64,000 nucleotides of DNA, taken from the NCBI GenBank assembly GCA_905178155.1, contig CAJINV010000009.1, positions 3,015,373-3,079,372 on the forward strand, in the 5' to 3' direction. A program made the translations under genes and the position numbers. The notes beneath the pieces are model-generated. The model saw only the letters and a list, made by a program, of their open reading frames with translations. It did no database searches and had not been told where the DNA came from. Of this stretch, positions 1-14,400 are shown one piece after another; positions within the stretch are counted from its first letter, which is position 1, and each line of letters opens with the position of its first letter. This stretch comes from Amoebophrya sp. A120. Taxonomy: Eukaryota; Protista; Dinoflagellata.

Positions 1-19
1 AACATATTTGCATTTGATA
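1..19. mobile_element. Right end of family A introner (cut by window edge)
   Basis: ACATATTTGCATTTGATA matches the family A right TIR. Confidence 0.75.
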
Positions 20-1678
20 CCGGTCTTCGGCGTGCCGTTGGCGCAGGCGCAGGAAGCGGAGCTGTCGAGAGCGGGCGGTGTTGTGGTGGTTGTCCCTGCT
101 GGTGCTGCCGTCGTTGCATAAGCCACGCAATGCGAACTCGCGCTGTCTAGGTAGTGGCCACTGTCACAGTGCACGCACTTCTCCTCCAGGTTGTTCGTAC
201 ACTCTGTGCCGGCCGCCGGAGTCCCGTAGGCGCAGGTGCAAATTGGTGATGATGCTCCCACTCCGCCAGTCGTGTTACCATTCCCGCTGGTTGAACTACT
301 AGCAACACACGTCATACCACCCCCAACATCCAGCTCGAACCCGGCGTTGCACTGCGCACACTTTTCCGTGTCAGTATCCCCGCAGTCCGTTCCCGTTGCG
401 GGTGTGCCGTTGGTGCAAGTGCAGTGATCGGTCTTCAACTCGGTTGAAGATGATTCTCTACTGGAATAAATGGAAGACGACCCCGCATGACCGTCGAGAT
501 GACTTTCGTTCTCTTCCAAAAGAGACATCGAAGAGACCGCGGCCTGTTGTGCAGCGGGGGTTGTAGTACTCGAGCTGGTGCTAGTCGTCGTTGAGGTTGT
601 CAACACCGCCTTGTGCTTCTCGTCCTGGGAACAGTCATGCACCACCTCCGCCAAAAGCTCGTGCCGGAAGATTTTTTCCATGCAGGAGTCGTAAAAGGCG
701 TTCGCGTTTGCGCAACAGGGATCTACTCCCGACGTAGAACTAGTAGTTGTACACTGCCCACCCGTTCCTTTCCCGCTGTTGTACCTCTGCTGGCAGGTCT
801 CGCATGGAGAGAAAAAAGTTTGCCAAAGTCACTAACTTGCAGGCTTTGCATTACAAATTTTTTCAGCGTCGCAACTTCTCCTTGTATTGCAGAAACACTA
901 GGGAAGTCCATTATGAAGTTTGGCTGTGATGCATTTTTACGCATGACAGAAAAATTTGTATTGCAAAAATGCGCATGAGTGATCGTGACGCACTTTTTTT
1001 GTTTGATATCTCGACCGGCATGCTCACTCCGTTCCAGTTCTTGGTTTCGTAATCTGCTTCCGGCAAATCGTAACACGTTTCCACGAACTCTTTACACGCG
1101 GCGAGACAGTGGGTCGCGTTGGCGTTTACCGTGGTAGTGTCCCCGCTGAATAAATCCGTCACCGGGTCGATCTGCGACATGTGCCAGCATTTTTCCCAGA
1201 TTTTCTCCTCCCTCCGGAACTCGCAATGCTCGCAGTCGGAGCACTTGAAAAACCCGTGTTCCGGTGTATCCGTCTTGCTCTTGTGGCAGTTCCCCCCCAT
1301 AGCAGTGGTGTCGTCGGCCAGGGTCTTCGGTTTGCACCGGTAGCCCTGGTCGAAACGGGCGGGGTCCATGCGCCCGTCCTCCAGGTAGTCGCAGGGGCTG
1401 GTGGTGGCGGAGGCGGGGGGAGGTGTAGTAGCAGACTGTGCATGATGCGACTGTTCAACAACGGCGGAAGCAGTGGGGACCGTTGCGGTAGCGTTTAGCA
1501 CTGCAGCTTCCGGTTGCGGCTCCGGTACTTGTTCTGCTGCACGAACCAAGGAAAAAGTGCTTGTGCTGCCCAATAGCAACGCTACCCACAACGGACAGAA
1601 TCGCGGGCGAAATGAAATATCCGGCATTTTGACGAGCTGCAGCCGCAGGAACTTATGCCTCTCTGGGGCCGGAAACAT
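20..1678 (-). CDS. Secreted/surface Cys-rich protein (gene 1), 3'-partial: signal peptide, Cys/Trp N-terminal domain, Thr/Ser tract, CTCxNGTxATGTxC...CxxCxxG repeats
   Basis: ORF from 1678 (MFPAPERHKFLR...LWVALLLG). Removing 803-1008 plus one TSD gives ...MPVE-TCQQRYNSGKG..., open to position 20 where another introner ends. Confidence 0.85.
803..1008. mobile_element. Introner, family D
   Basis: CATGGAGAGAAAAAAG...CTTTTTTTGTTTGATA, TSD TCTCG; same subfamily as 18012 and (reversed) 24929. Confidence 0.9.
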
Positions 1679-2431
1679 CTTTTCTGCAGAAATAATTGGA
1701 GATCATTCGGCTCACGGTCCGTAAAGTTTTCGCGGCTCCGCTTTACAACTACAACAGCGGTTTTCTGCAATACAGATTCGTTTAAGTATTCACAGGAACG
1801 ACGAAAGAAACGCACTCGACACCCCGAGCACCAAAGAATTGCCGTTGGAATCGCTTTTCCTATAATACTAAAACCCCCTCTGCCTCTGCTTATAGCTTTT
1901 TTGCATTCTCGCGTACATGAAAGAAGTCTGCAGTCCTTTCCAGTTCCTCATCCCTCCTCTCAAGCCAAGACCCGAGCGGGAGGTTTCTCGGGAACATAAT
2001 TGAGGTCTCACTTGTGACATCTCAAGTGGCATCAAGAAAAGCTTTGGCTCTTGTGAACTCGAAGGTCCACGGCCCCACTACGTTTTCCTCTATATGCTCG
2101 TGTTTGGCCTTTTTGTTCACATCTTCTTTGGTCTTTATTTCTTGAAAAAAAAGCGCGCCGTGCGGCGGAAACTCATTCTGAAATCCGTTGCGTGTGCGTG
2201 TCGTGTGTGGAATGATTTTCAGCGTTTTTTTCTTGGCCGCTTATCCGGCTCGCGTGCTTTTCGACAGTCTTCGTGTGTGTGTAAACTAGAAACAGAATCA
2301 GTGTCAATCTCGTTAATCAGCAGTGTGCTTCCTTCAGTAAAGTTTTTTCGTCTTGATTCAACATCAGGTTGCACTATTATACAGATTTGGTTATTTTCCA
2401 AAAATAGACTCCCAGCATAAAATCCTTCCGC

Positions 2432-5400
2432 TCATTCTTCACCTCCGCCCCCTTCATTCTCCCCTCCGCCTTCTCCGTCCCCACCGCCGTCTCCATCCCC
2501 ACCGCCGTCTCCATCCCCACCGCCGTCTCCATTCCCGCCGCCCTCATCCCCTTCCCCGGCATCATCACCGTCCTCGCCTTCCGCGTCGGCCTTGCCGTGG
2601 TGATGATGCTTGGCTCCCCCTCCTTCTTCTTCTCCCGCATCCTCTGCCGCTCCTGCCGATTCATTTTTACCTCCTGACGACATTAGAACCACTCCTACTA
2701 CACCCAGCAAAAGAATCACCCCCACCCCAACGCCGATTGCTAGAACCGGCGGGCCCTTACCTTTCTTTTCGTCATCTCCCGTGGTTGTCGTGTTCGCAGT
2801 TCCGTTTGCTGTTCCTAGCTGAAAACCGTTTTTCTTGTCATCCGCTGTCGCTTCATATGCATTGCAAATATGTCTGGGTCTGGAAGGATGCGAACCTGTG
2901 ATGCGCATTTCACAACATAGATAAATCTGTCACGCATAGGCAGCAAAAGGTGCCCATTTCCTGTCACCAAAATGAGGGATTTGTCATGCGGATTAAGCAA
3001 TGCGGAAGCTTCTCGAAATCTGTGATGCTAGGGCTTCCATGACAGACATTTTGCGTCATGCAAAAACAGCATGACAAAAATCTGCATTCTTCCAGACCCA
3101 GACACGACTTTTGCATTTGATACTTCAGCCACGTTCACCATGGAGACGCCCATGGTAGTCAGCGTAGCGGACTTCGCCACCTCTTTGTTTACGTCTTCCA
3201 ACAACCCTGCGTAGGAATCAGAACTTGGATCCAGGGGTGACACCTCCTCGCCCGCGGTGGCAGATGGCCAGGCGGTGTTCAGGCTGTCTGCCTGGGCGTC
3301 ATTCAAAGGCTGCAAGTGGAACTGGATGACGACCGTGCTAATGGATTTTTTTGTTGAGAATGAGCGTGTACTAGCAGTTCTAGTTATCAAGCCGCCCCCG
3401 CGTGTTCCTCGTGCTTGAAGATGATCTCCCTGTTCCTGTTTCCGTAGCAATTGCACTGCTGAAGACGGCGCTCCTGCTTGCGGCGCTGGTTTTCTTCTAG
3501 AGGACGAGGCTGTTTCATCTGCGTGATGGCCGCTTTGCTCCGCTCCTGTAGGACTCATACTTCTTACGTCATCATCTTCATACCGAAGAATCCTCGTGTG
3601 GTCACCCAGGCCCCTTTTCTTTGTTTTTCTAGCACTACTTGTCGCACTGCTACCCCCGCTTTCTTCCTTCGATCGGTGGTCCAACAAATTGTCGCTATTT
3701 GATGATGTCGTAGTAGCATCTCCGTCGTTTTCTATCTCCATAAGCTCCGCACCCTCTGGTTCTGTTCGGAAGGGAATCGCAGCGAGGATGTCCACATGGC
3801 TCTCTTCGTCAAGATCACTACTGCCGGCACCAACATCTTCTTCGAGAAACGATGCCGCGGAAGAAGATGATGAACTTTTCTTGCCCATGATCTGGATTTT
3901 CGCAATCTGCGTGTACGCCATGTCCACAACCCCCTTCGATCGGAACCACAGCACGATCCCCTCAATCACCGCGTCTTGAAACTCGGAATCCCGCGTCACT
4001 TTCTTCACCTTCGAGTTATCTGCCAATTCCATCCCAAGTTCGAATATCGAATGCAAAAATGTCTGGGTCTGGAAGATTCTGAGACCTGTGATGCATGTTT
4101 TGCATGACCCAGGATGTCTGTAATGCACGACCTAACATTACAGATTTTTAGAGGGCTTCCCGATGCCTACTCCGCATGACAAACGCCCTCCCCGCGTAGC
4201 ACAAACTAGACTCCTCTTGCTGGTCATGCAATACAGATTTTTTTTAGAGTCCAAAGTTAGCATCACAAGCTCCACCCTTCCAGACCCAGACACTTTTGCA
4301 TTTGATATCGAACTTTCGCTTTTGCGAGTCCCGCAACCGCCCCCGCGGGTGCTTTTTGATCACTAAGTTGGTGATCCCCGCATTGTTAATCTCGTCCTGT
4401 TGGACGTGCATATCAAGTGTAAAAGTGTCTGGGTCTGGAAACTTGTGATGCTGGGTGGCGTATCGTGAGGAGGCCACAAGTGCTGGCTCAGCATGACAAG
4501 TTTCTGAGCTTCTAGGTGTTGCCTATTCTGCATGACAAATTGCGTTTCTGCATGACAGAAAAATGGCGCTCTTTGGTAACGTGCATGACAGATTTGAGAG
4601 TCATTCCAGACAAGCATGACAAACATGCAATCTTCCAGACCCAGACATTTTTACATTTGATAGTGCACGAGAGCAGAATATTCTCCGTCATCGTTTTCCA
4701 CGTGCTGCCATATATCGTCCACGGCTTGGCGCTGTTCTTGCGACGTCGAGTTGATTTCGAAATGGACATCCACCGTTTCGCCGAGCGAATCCGCGGTCAC
4801 GTCGAGGTCCGCAATGACGAAAAGGAGGACTTGGGACTCTTCGACGTGTAGATTGGTATCGGTTAATTTCATGTATCACAGGAAAAAAGTGTTACACGAC
4901 TATACACATTTGTTGTAATTTCAGCATCACAAAGTTGCTCTGCATGGCAAAGAAAACTTGTAATGCGCAGCCTGTAAAAAGGGAAAACAAGCATGACATG
5001 AGGCTGGCACTGGCAAGCATATCCTGCATGACAGAGGTTGTCTGTCTTGCTGGTCTTGCGTCAGAGTGTGTAACTGTAACACTTTTTTCTCACGATATCA
5101 TGTTCGTGTAGTCCACTACGCCCTTCTTCACTGCTTCCTGGAAGGTCATGTCGTGAACTGCCACTGTAACGTTATCGTCCGCGGTCAACATGCTTTGTTC
5201 GTTTTCACTGAATGAGTACAACAGTGCGGTCTTTTGAAAAGCCTCGACACTCACGTCGAAGACGAAAGAGGAGTCGACAATCAAAGGCGGTGCGGTTGTT
5301 GTGGTACTCGAAGTAGTGGTTGACGAGGTCGTGGAGGTTGTCGTCGTGGTCGTGGTCGTCGTGGTTGGCGAATCTAAAGCGGTGATGTCCGCGTCTTATT

Positions 5401-8400
5401 CTGAATAAAAATGTCCCCACCCCAGAGTTGTCATGCAAATGTGCAATGACAGGAACATTTGTAACGCGCAGCGGCATGAGAGGCATTACCAATCAAGTTT
5501 TGAAATTTGTAATTCTGCAAACACAATGAGAGAGTGGCTGTCTCATGCGGCTTCCCTTGCCAACCAGCACGACACTGCAGAGGGAAACTTGTCATGCACA
5601 GCTCCCAAAACTTGGAGATTTGTGTTGCTAGATTCCCAACTTGACTATGGCATGGAGTGTTTATGTACTGGAAAAGACCAAAATTAAAGCACAGAGAAGT
5701 TTTTTAAATTTTCAAAAGGAAAAGAGGAGAGAACGAACTACAACGAGAAGAGAAGCATAATCTATGTGGCCATGGGGTGGGGACGTTTTTGCTTAGGATA
5801 CGTCTACTGCGACAGACACACCGTCAATCGCCGCGGCGACAACGCTGTCCGTTAGAAAGGTTTTCAACTCCGCCTTCTGATCCGCAGAAAGTTCCCCGAC
5901 GAGTGGGTCCGGCCACCGGGCCTCAAAACTTGCCAGGCTATTCCCCTTCAACGTGGGGATCTGGGCCACGTAGGCGATGTCCAAGGTCGCCGTCGTTTTC
6001 CTCGAAGTCGTCGTGCCATCGGTTGCAGTTACGGTTTCAGTTTGCGTTTTGTTCTCACTCTTCACCTCGACACTTGTCACGTCTGCTAGGTCGAAATCGA
6101 TCGCGTCAGGCTTGTTTAAATAGCTGTGAATCCCGTTCTTGAATGCAGCGACTAGCTTCACGTTGTTTTCCAACACGATTTCCTCGCCGGTTTTTCCCTT
6201 ATGCATTGCAAGAATGTCTTGGTCTGGAAACTTGTAATGCTGAATGGCCATGATTGACTGCGCCCTTCAGTGCAGTGCAGCATGGCAAATTTTTCAAACG
6301 CTTTGTCATACGCAGGACGCATTACAACCTGCGTTTTTGCATGGCGAAAGTGTGGCGCTTTATTTGCTGCTTATGCAATACAGATTTTTTAGGAATGCGA
6401 AACACGAAACAGGTTCAACCTTTCCAGACCCAGACACATTTGCAATTCATATCCCTCCGGGATGACCACCGCAAGTTCAAAAGCCCGCATGATCATGGGC
6501 ATCCCGTGACAATGGTTATCCACAGGCTTCAATTCGTACCCGAAATTGCACTGCACGCACTGCTCCGTGTCGTGGGTCGGACACGCGGTGATCACCGCGT
6601 GGTTTCCGTTGTGGCACGTGCAGACGTTTTCATCGCAGAGGTTTGTGTCAAGGTTTTTATGGTAGCCCGCCTCGCAGGTCCCGCAAATCTCTGTTTGATC
6701 AGTGGAGCACTCCGACCCGGTTGCTCCTGTCCCGTGTGTGCAGGTGCACGTGTTTGCAACACAAGTTTTGTCTGTTTCCTGCAAATGCCAGCCCGTGTGA
6801 CAGGTGTCACACATCGCCGTGTTGTTGGTCTCGCAACACAATTCCCCCGCTTTTCCCTCTCCAGCGGCCAAGGCTTCGCACGGGGCGCCGGTGGCACCGT
6901 GCCCGTTGGCGCACGTGCACTGGTTCGCGATACATTATGAGTTCGCAAATAAGTCTGGGTCTGGAAACTTGTAATGCTAAGTGGCGTATCATGAGGAGGC
7001 CACATACAAGTGATGGCTCAGCATGACAAGTTTCTGAGCCTACTATTCTGCATGACAGAATACATTTTTGCACGACATTAAACTGAGGCTTTTGGGCAAC
7101 GTGCATGCCAGTTTTCAGAGTCATGCTGGCCGAGCATGGCAAACTTTGCACTCTTCCAGGAGACCCAGACATATTTGCATTTGAAGATATACATTCATCA
7201 TCCACCATGTGGTATCCCTTGTCGCAGGAAAGGCAATGCTCCTTCTCGTGTGCGTCACACACGCTCCCTTCCGCAACCTCCCCAAATGCGCACGTACAGG
7301 AATTCGCAGCACAGTGCTGATGATTCGCAGCTGCGGTGCTTATTCCAGCACCTGCAGTCATGGACTCCGATAAATGGAACCCGGCGTTACACTATGGATT
7401 GTAAAAATGTCTGGGTCTCGGAGATTGCAAGATTTGTCATGCTAGTCTGGCATGACTCTGAACTCTGTATTGCGTGGCCACAAAGAACTCCTCCTCCCTG
7501 TCATACAAAAACGCAGTTTGTTATGCGGAATACGCAACTCAGAACCATGAAAAAAATTTGCCATGCTGTGGAGCGCATTACAGTGGGCTCACTATTCCCT
7601 TCCTTGCATCACAAGTTTCCAGACCCAGACATTTTTGCATTTGATATACACCCCGTGCACACTTCCGCACTGTCGACATCGCAAACCGTCCCCGTCGCAC
7701 TTGTTCCCTCGTTACAAGTGCAGGTGTTCACTTCACACTTCTTGTCCGCGGAGTTCACATGAAACCCAAGGTCGCAACTCCCGCAAACCTCCGCATCGTG
7801 TGCCGTACAGTCTGTGCCCGTGGCCGCTGTGCCGTTATTGCAAACGCAGACGATGGTCGTGGTGGTCGTGGTTGTCGTGGTCGTGATCGCTACGAGGTTG
7901 ATGCTGGTGATGCCCGCTTCTGTGACTTCGTACTGCTGCAACGCGACCAACGCCGAGTACGCACTGGACCCTTCTTCCACCGGACCCCACACGCTCCCCA
8001 CCGCGAGGGCCTGCGCTTCGGAAGTCGTGTTCAGGTGAAATTTCACCTCGACCGCAGACGCGGATGTCGAAGAAGTAGTAGTAGACCCTACAACTTTCTG
8101 CAGTACCAGGTCCAAAATTTGGTCCGTTTCAAGGTGGAGGGCGGCGTCAGTGATGTTCAAATTCGTGTAGTCACGGACGCCCTTTTTAATGGCCTCTTGA
8201 AACAGCGGGTCGCTGAGCTCTTCATCGACGGCATTTTTGGTTGTGCTTGCAGCAGTTCCAGTATTGGCTTTATTTTCAACTTTCTTCCTCTTCGAGGACT
8301 TCTTTTTTTCATCTTCGCGTAGTCGTAACAATCTCAAATTCTCCATTACTTTCTCCGACAAGCTCGCAGAAGTGGCTGATGCTACTGCTGCTGCCGCGCT

Positions 8401-11400
8401 CGTCGAAGCAGCAGAGGACGCTGAACTGCTACTCGTACTCGCTTCCGCCATCTGCATTTGAAACCCTTCCTGAATGTCCAGCGCGACCGTCGTGGTCGAC
8501 GTTGTTGACGTTGTGGTGGTGGTATCGCAGCGGTAGTCCGCCGTCAATTCATACTCCGCGCTGGTACAGCTGGCACAACGCGGCGTGTCGTGCGTCGGGC
8601 AAGTGGCTTCTGTCGTGGCGGTTCCGTGGTCACATGTGCACACGTTTTCTACACATAGTTCAGGGTTGGTTGCTGTCACATCTTTGTGGTAGCCGTTGTT
8701 ACAAGAATCGCAGCGGGGCTCGTCGTGCTCTGGGCAACTGGTCGCCGCGGCTGGTATTGAGAGGAAAAATCCCCCCTCCCCATATTGAAAAGGTATGTTT
8801 CCAAAAATTTGTGCTGTGGAAGGATTTGAGGTCACAAATCACGTCTGTCTTGCAAGAAGACAAGGACAGAAGCTTCCGCCCCATTATCGAAGCGGTTTGT
8901 CATGCTGTTGGGCCTAAAGGGGGGCGCTTGCCATGCTGAACTAGTAGACCCATACGCCCCTACCTAGCCTGGGGATCTGGCCGCAGTGCCTCTCTGCAAT
9001 ACAAAGCTGATTTGTGGTCACAAATCAGCATCACAAATTTCCTTTTTGATATGGGGAGGGGGGATTTTTCATTTTGATAGCTGGCGTGCCGTGGTCGCAG
9101 GTGCACAAATTTTCCGCGCAAATCCCGTCTATGGATTGCAAAAATGTCAGGGTCTGGAAGATTCTGAGACTTGCCACGCGCGTTCTGTATGAGCCGTGAC
9201 GTCTGTTCTGCATGCCCTAGCATCACAGATTTTTTGACGGCTTCTTGATGCCTATTCCGCATGACAAATGCCCTCTCCGCGTGGCAAAAATTGCATTCCC
9301 TCTGCTGCTCGTCATGCAATACAAGTTTTTTTGGAATCCAAATGCAGCATCGCAAGTTAGACCCCTCCAGACCCAGACATATTTGCAGTGCATACCGTCG
9401 CCCGCATCGTGGTGCCCGGGCTCGCACATGGCGGTGACGACAGTCACCGTGGTCACCTGCAGCGTAGTCAATTCGGCGGCGATTTGCTGCACAAATTCCA
9501 GTTTCTCATTCGCCTGGTTCAGCTCTACCGCCTGCCAGATGTTCTGCAAGTTCGTCACTTGCTCCGCAGAGTCGGTTATCAAATGTAAAAATGTCTGGGT
9601 CTGGAAGAATGCAAGATTTGTGATGCAGGTTTTCCATGACCCATGAGGTCTGGAATGCGAGACCCAGCATGACATCGGTGGTCTACGGGCAGGCTGTCCC
9701 GGTGGCGCTTTGGCCAATCGTACAGAGAAAAAACAAAATAAACACAAGTTAGGTAGGAATACATGTGAAGGTTAAGATTGAAGTCAAAAGTCGTAGAGAC
9801 ATTAATAAAGTAGTTCCTACGGGCATGGTCACGATTGGGCTTTAGTGGGTAGAGCAACTTTGAGGTCTCTATCATGCCTTTGCTGCATGAGAAACTCCCT
9901 CTCACCTTGGTCAAAAGCGGCCAGCTTTTGGCACTCACGCAACACAGATTTTTGCATCATTCAGATTTAGCATGACAAGTTCAAATCTTCCAGACCCAGA
10001 CATTTTTGCATTTGATATCGGTCGACAAGTCAAACGCGAGCTCCACCTTCACCGGATTCCCACTTATAACCTGCTCAGGTGTTACAATCTCAAACGTTAC
10101 AATAGAATCTTGAATTTGTGTTGCAAGAAGTGCGTTATCTATCCAACTCTCATAGGATTGCGCATGACAAGTTCTGGAGTCCCAATCCGCACTACAATCT
10201 GGCGAAATTTGTATTGCAGAAAGTGGAATGCTGTCGGAATCTGTCATGCTCATCATGCAATACAAAACCCAGACTCTATTGTAACGTTTGAGATTGTAAC
10301 GTTTGAGCAGGTCACACCACTCTTCACCCGCTCCCGACAGGCGTCGGAAACGATCCCGTAGTCGCCGAAAGTTACTTCTTCCAACTTCGTGCTATCGTGG
10401 TGGGTTTTCACTGCGCAATTATCCTCCCCCGCGGGCGCCGCTTTCACAAAACAGAACGCACCGCAATTTTCGTGTTTCGCGCACCAATCCAGACAACTGT
10501 CGAAGGTTTGGTGCCCCGGAACGCGGTCGTGGGTGCCGCCGGCGGCTAAATCGTGCCCCGGCTATGGAAAGAAAAAATTGTTTCAACTTGTAATGCAGAA
10601 AATGCAGCGCAGAAGTGTTTGTCTTGCTACACATGCAAGACCAGTGATCTTAATACCCGTGTTTTCCCTATAGCAACCTCGCATGACAAGTCTGCTTTGT
10701 CATGTGTATACGAACTTGTAATGCAAAAGTTGCAAAATAATCCTTACAGTGAAACACTTTTTTCGTACCATACCGGCGCATCCTCGTTTACTAGCCGGAC
10801 ACACTCGCTGTCGGATAATTTCAGATTTTTAACCTGTGCTTCCTCGAGAAGTTCAACATTGGGTGAAGCCGACGTAGTTGTTCCGAGCGCGTTTAGCTGC
10901 GCATTGGTGTAGGAGACAATGGATTTAATGACCGCAGTTTGCACAGTACTGTCTAGCATCACACTCATCTGGTCCGTGACAGTCTCCGCGAAATTCATTT
11001 TCACCTTCTCACTCACAGGGACAGTCGTGGTGGAGATATCGCAAGAAAAAACTGTTCCACTGTGAACTTGTAATGCAGAAGATGCATCACGGAAGTGTTT
11101 GTCTTGCTACACATGCAAGACAGGTGATTTTTAGTGGTGTTTTACCTTAGGATCCTCGCATGGCAAGTTTTCTTTGTAATGTGTAGCGAACTTGTAATGC
11201 AAAACTTGCAAAATTCTTACAGTAAAACACTTTTTTCATGCGATAGGAGGTCGTGGTGGTGTACTCCAAAACTTTTATGTCCGTGATACTATGTTTTGCC
11301 ACCTGGTTCTGAATTGATTTTGAAAAATCCAAAAGCTCGTCATCTTCGTTCTTCGTCACGTCAGTCCATATGGTTTGCAATTTTGTCGCCTGGTCGTTCC

Positions 11401-14400
11401 CCGTGTCCTCGGTTATCACGAGGTCGAAATATCAACTGCAAATATGTCTAAGTCTGGAAGAATGCCAGTCTTGTTGTCACGCAGGTTTTCCATGACCCAT
11501 GAGGTCTGGTATGTAGGACATAGCATGACAGATTCTATGATAGTTCTATGATGCCTATTCTGCACGAGAAACTGCATCTCGATTAGGTGACAAGTGGACA
11601 GCTTTATGTGGTAATCACGCAACACAGACAAGTTCCAACCTTCCAGACCCAGACATATTTGCAATGCATACGAAATCCAGTTGGACCAAGGTTGGTTCGT
11701 TCTCCAAAACCCGTTTTCGGCCCTATGCATTGCAAAAGCATCGCACTAGCTCTAGTATAAACTGCATGACAAATTTGCTCAAGAACAAAAATACAATTTG
11801 TAATGCTGTTTTCCCTTAGAAAGTAGATCTGTCATGCATGCTGCAATTAGTACGAGTACGATACTTTTGCACTGGATAGGCACGCAGCCGACACGATCGC
11901 GTAATCGCCCCACCAGGCGGGCCCCAGCTTGCTTGCGTGTCATATGTGAAAACGTCCCCACCCCAGACTTGTCATGCAAACTGGCATGCCTAAAATGTTT
12001 CTCTTGCGCCGTCCCAAGAACATAAGGGCCATTTTCTAATGCTATCTGGAAGTTTGTGATGTTGGGATCAGGATAAGGCAGTCAATTTGTGATACGTCTG
12101 CGCGGCTACCTCAAACAGGGCTACACTCTGCGTCCAGCTTTGTCATGCGAAACAGCCAAAACTTGCTGATTTGTGTAGCAAAGCCGCCATCTTGACTCTG
12201 GGGTGGGTCGGTTTTACTCAGGATATTGCGTCGTGCTTCGTTTTCACGGCGCAGTTGCTCTTTGTCGTGTCGGTTTCCGCTATCAAATGTAAAAATGTCT
12301 GGGTCTGGAAGATTCCGAGATTTGTCATGCACATTTTGCATGACTCCTGATGTCTGTGATGCATGCCCTAGCATCAGAAATTTTTTGCGAGCTTTCTGAT
12401 GCGTATCCAGCATGACAAATGCCCTCATCGTGTAGCACAAAATCGAATCCTCTTGTTAGTCATGCACCACAGATTTTCTTAGAATCCGAAGACAGCATCA
12501 GAAGTTGAATCCTTCCCGACCCAGACATTTTTACATTTGATATCCGCGGTGACAAAGCAAAAAGCGTTGCAGGTCGAGTATCGCCTCCTCAGCTGTTACT
12601 CTCCTAGCTGTTGCGTACCCGACAGCGTTTTTCATAGCAACCCAGCAAGAGAAAAGCGAGATGCGCTGCTCCGTTCGCATGACAAGTTTTGGACAGATTT
12701 CGATGTTATTCGAGGCATCTCAAATTTGTGATGCGAAGCTACATGAAAACTGGAAAAGTGACGCAGATTTTGCATGACAAACGTGTTGGCTACGTAGAAG
12801 TTGAGAGCGTAGCACCTGAGGAAGCCATATCGAGTTTTTCGCACACCAGTCGAGACACCCATCGCACTATGCATTGCAAATATGTCTGGGTTTGGAACTC
12901 TGCAACTTGTGGTGCTAAATCTGAATATTGCAAAAATCTGTGCTGCATGATTACCAAATGCTGTCCACTTTTGATCAAGTTGAGAGGCAGTTTCTCATGC
13001 AGGGTAGGCATGAGAGGGATCTCGCGGAATCTGTCATGCTGGGTCCTCCATTGCAGATCATATGGGTCATGGAAAACCTACATGACAAGTCAAAGTCTAG
13101 CAGTTTTCCAGACCCAGACATATTTGTAGTTGATACGAACGTGATGTGCCCCGGCACGCGGCCGTACGTTCCGGTGGAGAGCAAATCATTTCCCGAGGCG
13201 ATTTATGCAATTTGCAAGAGCAGTATCGTGCTGGTGCTCGTAGTAAATTGCATTTACAATTTTTTTCAACAAAACGACAAATCAAATTTGTAATGCGCTT
13301 TCAGGTCAGGAGCCGGATCTCGATCTGTCATGCTCATGCATGACTGCAATTACTCCACCGAGTACAACTTCTACACTCTTGCAATGCGTACGTCCTGCTC
13401 GACCAGGTGCAGACACTCGGAGTCGCGCAGCCTCAAATTTTGCACCTTATCAAATGCGAACATGTCTGGGTCTGGAAGAATGCAAGTTTGTCATGCTTGT
13501 CTCACATGACTCTCAAATCTGGCATGCACATTACCCAAGAGCCCCACTTTTCTGTCATGCAGCAACGCAGTTTGTCATGCAGCATAGGCAACACCTAGAA
13601 GCTCAGAAACTTGTCATGCTGAGCCAGCACTTGTGGTCTCCTCATGATACGCCACCCAGCATCACAAGTTTCCAGACCCAGACACTTTTGCAGTTGATAC
13701 ACCTGCGAGACCAGCAGCTCCTCACGGGGGCCGGGGAACCTGGCGAACCTATCCCACGAAAAAACTGTTTCACTGTGATGATTTTGCAAGATCTGCATCA
13801 CAAGTTTGCTACAAATGACAGAGAAAATTTGCCATGCGCGCTTCCTAAGGGAAAACACAGCTAAAAATCCAATGTCTTGCATGTGTAGCAAGACAAATAG
13901 TTCTGTGTTACATTCTATGCATCACAAGTTCACAGTGAAACAGTTTTTTCTTGCGATAGAACCGGGAGTCAGAGTAATCGACAATGCCGTGTTATCCAGG
14001 GAAAAAACTGTGTTGGTGTAGGTCTCTTGGACGACCAGCATTACAAATTTACCCTGCACGAGAGAGAAAGCCTGTCATGCAATGCTAGTACGTGAAAACA
14101 CACATGAAAAGAGGACTTCATGGGTGTCTGGCATGACAAGTGTAACTGTTTTGCATTTTTTGCATCACAGACTTACACTTACACAGTTTTTTTCGTTGCA
14201 TACGTGGATGACGGCGTTGGTGAAGTCGGTCGCTGCCAGAGCGTATCAAATGCAAAAATGACTGGGTCTGGGAGGATGGAACTTGTCATGCTAAATCTGC
14301 ATCATGCAAAAATCTGTGTTGCATGATTACCACAAGTCGTCCAGTTTTGACCAAGTCGGGAGGGAGTTTCTCATGCACGATAGGCACGATAGAGATCGCA

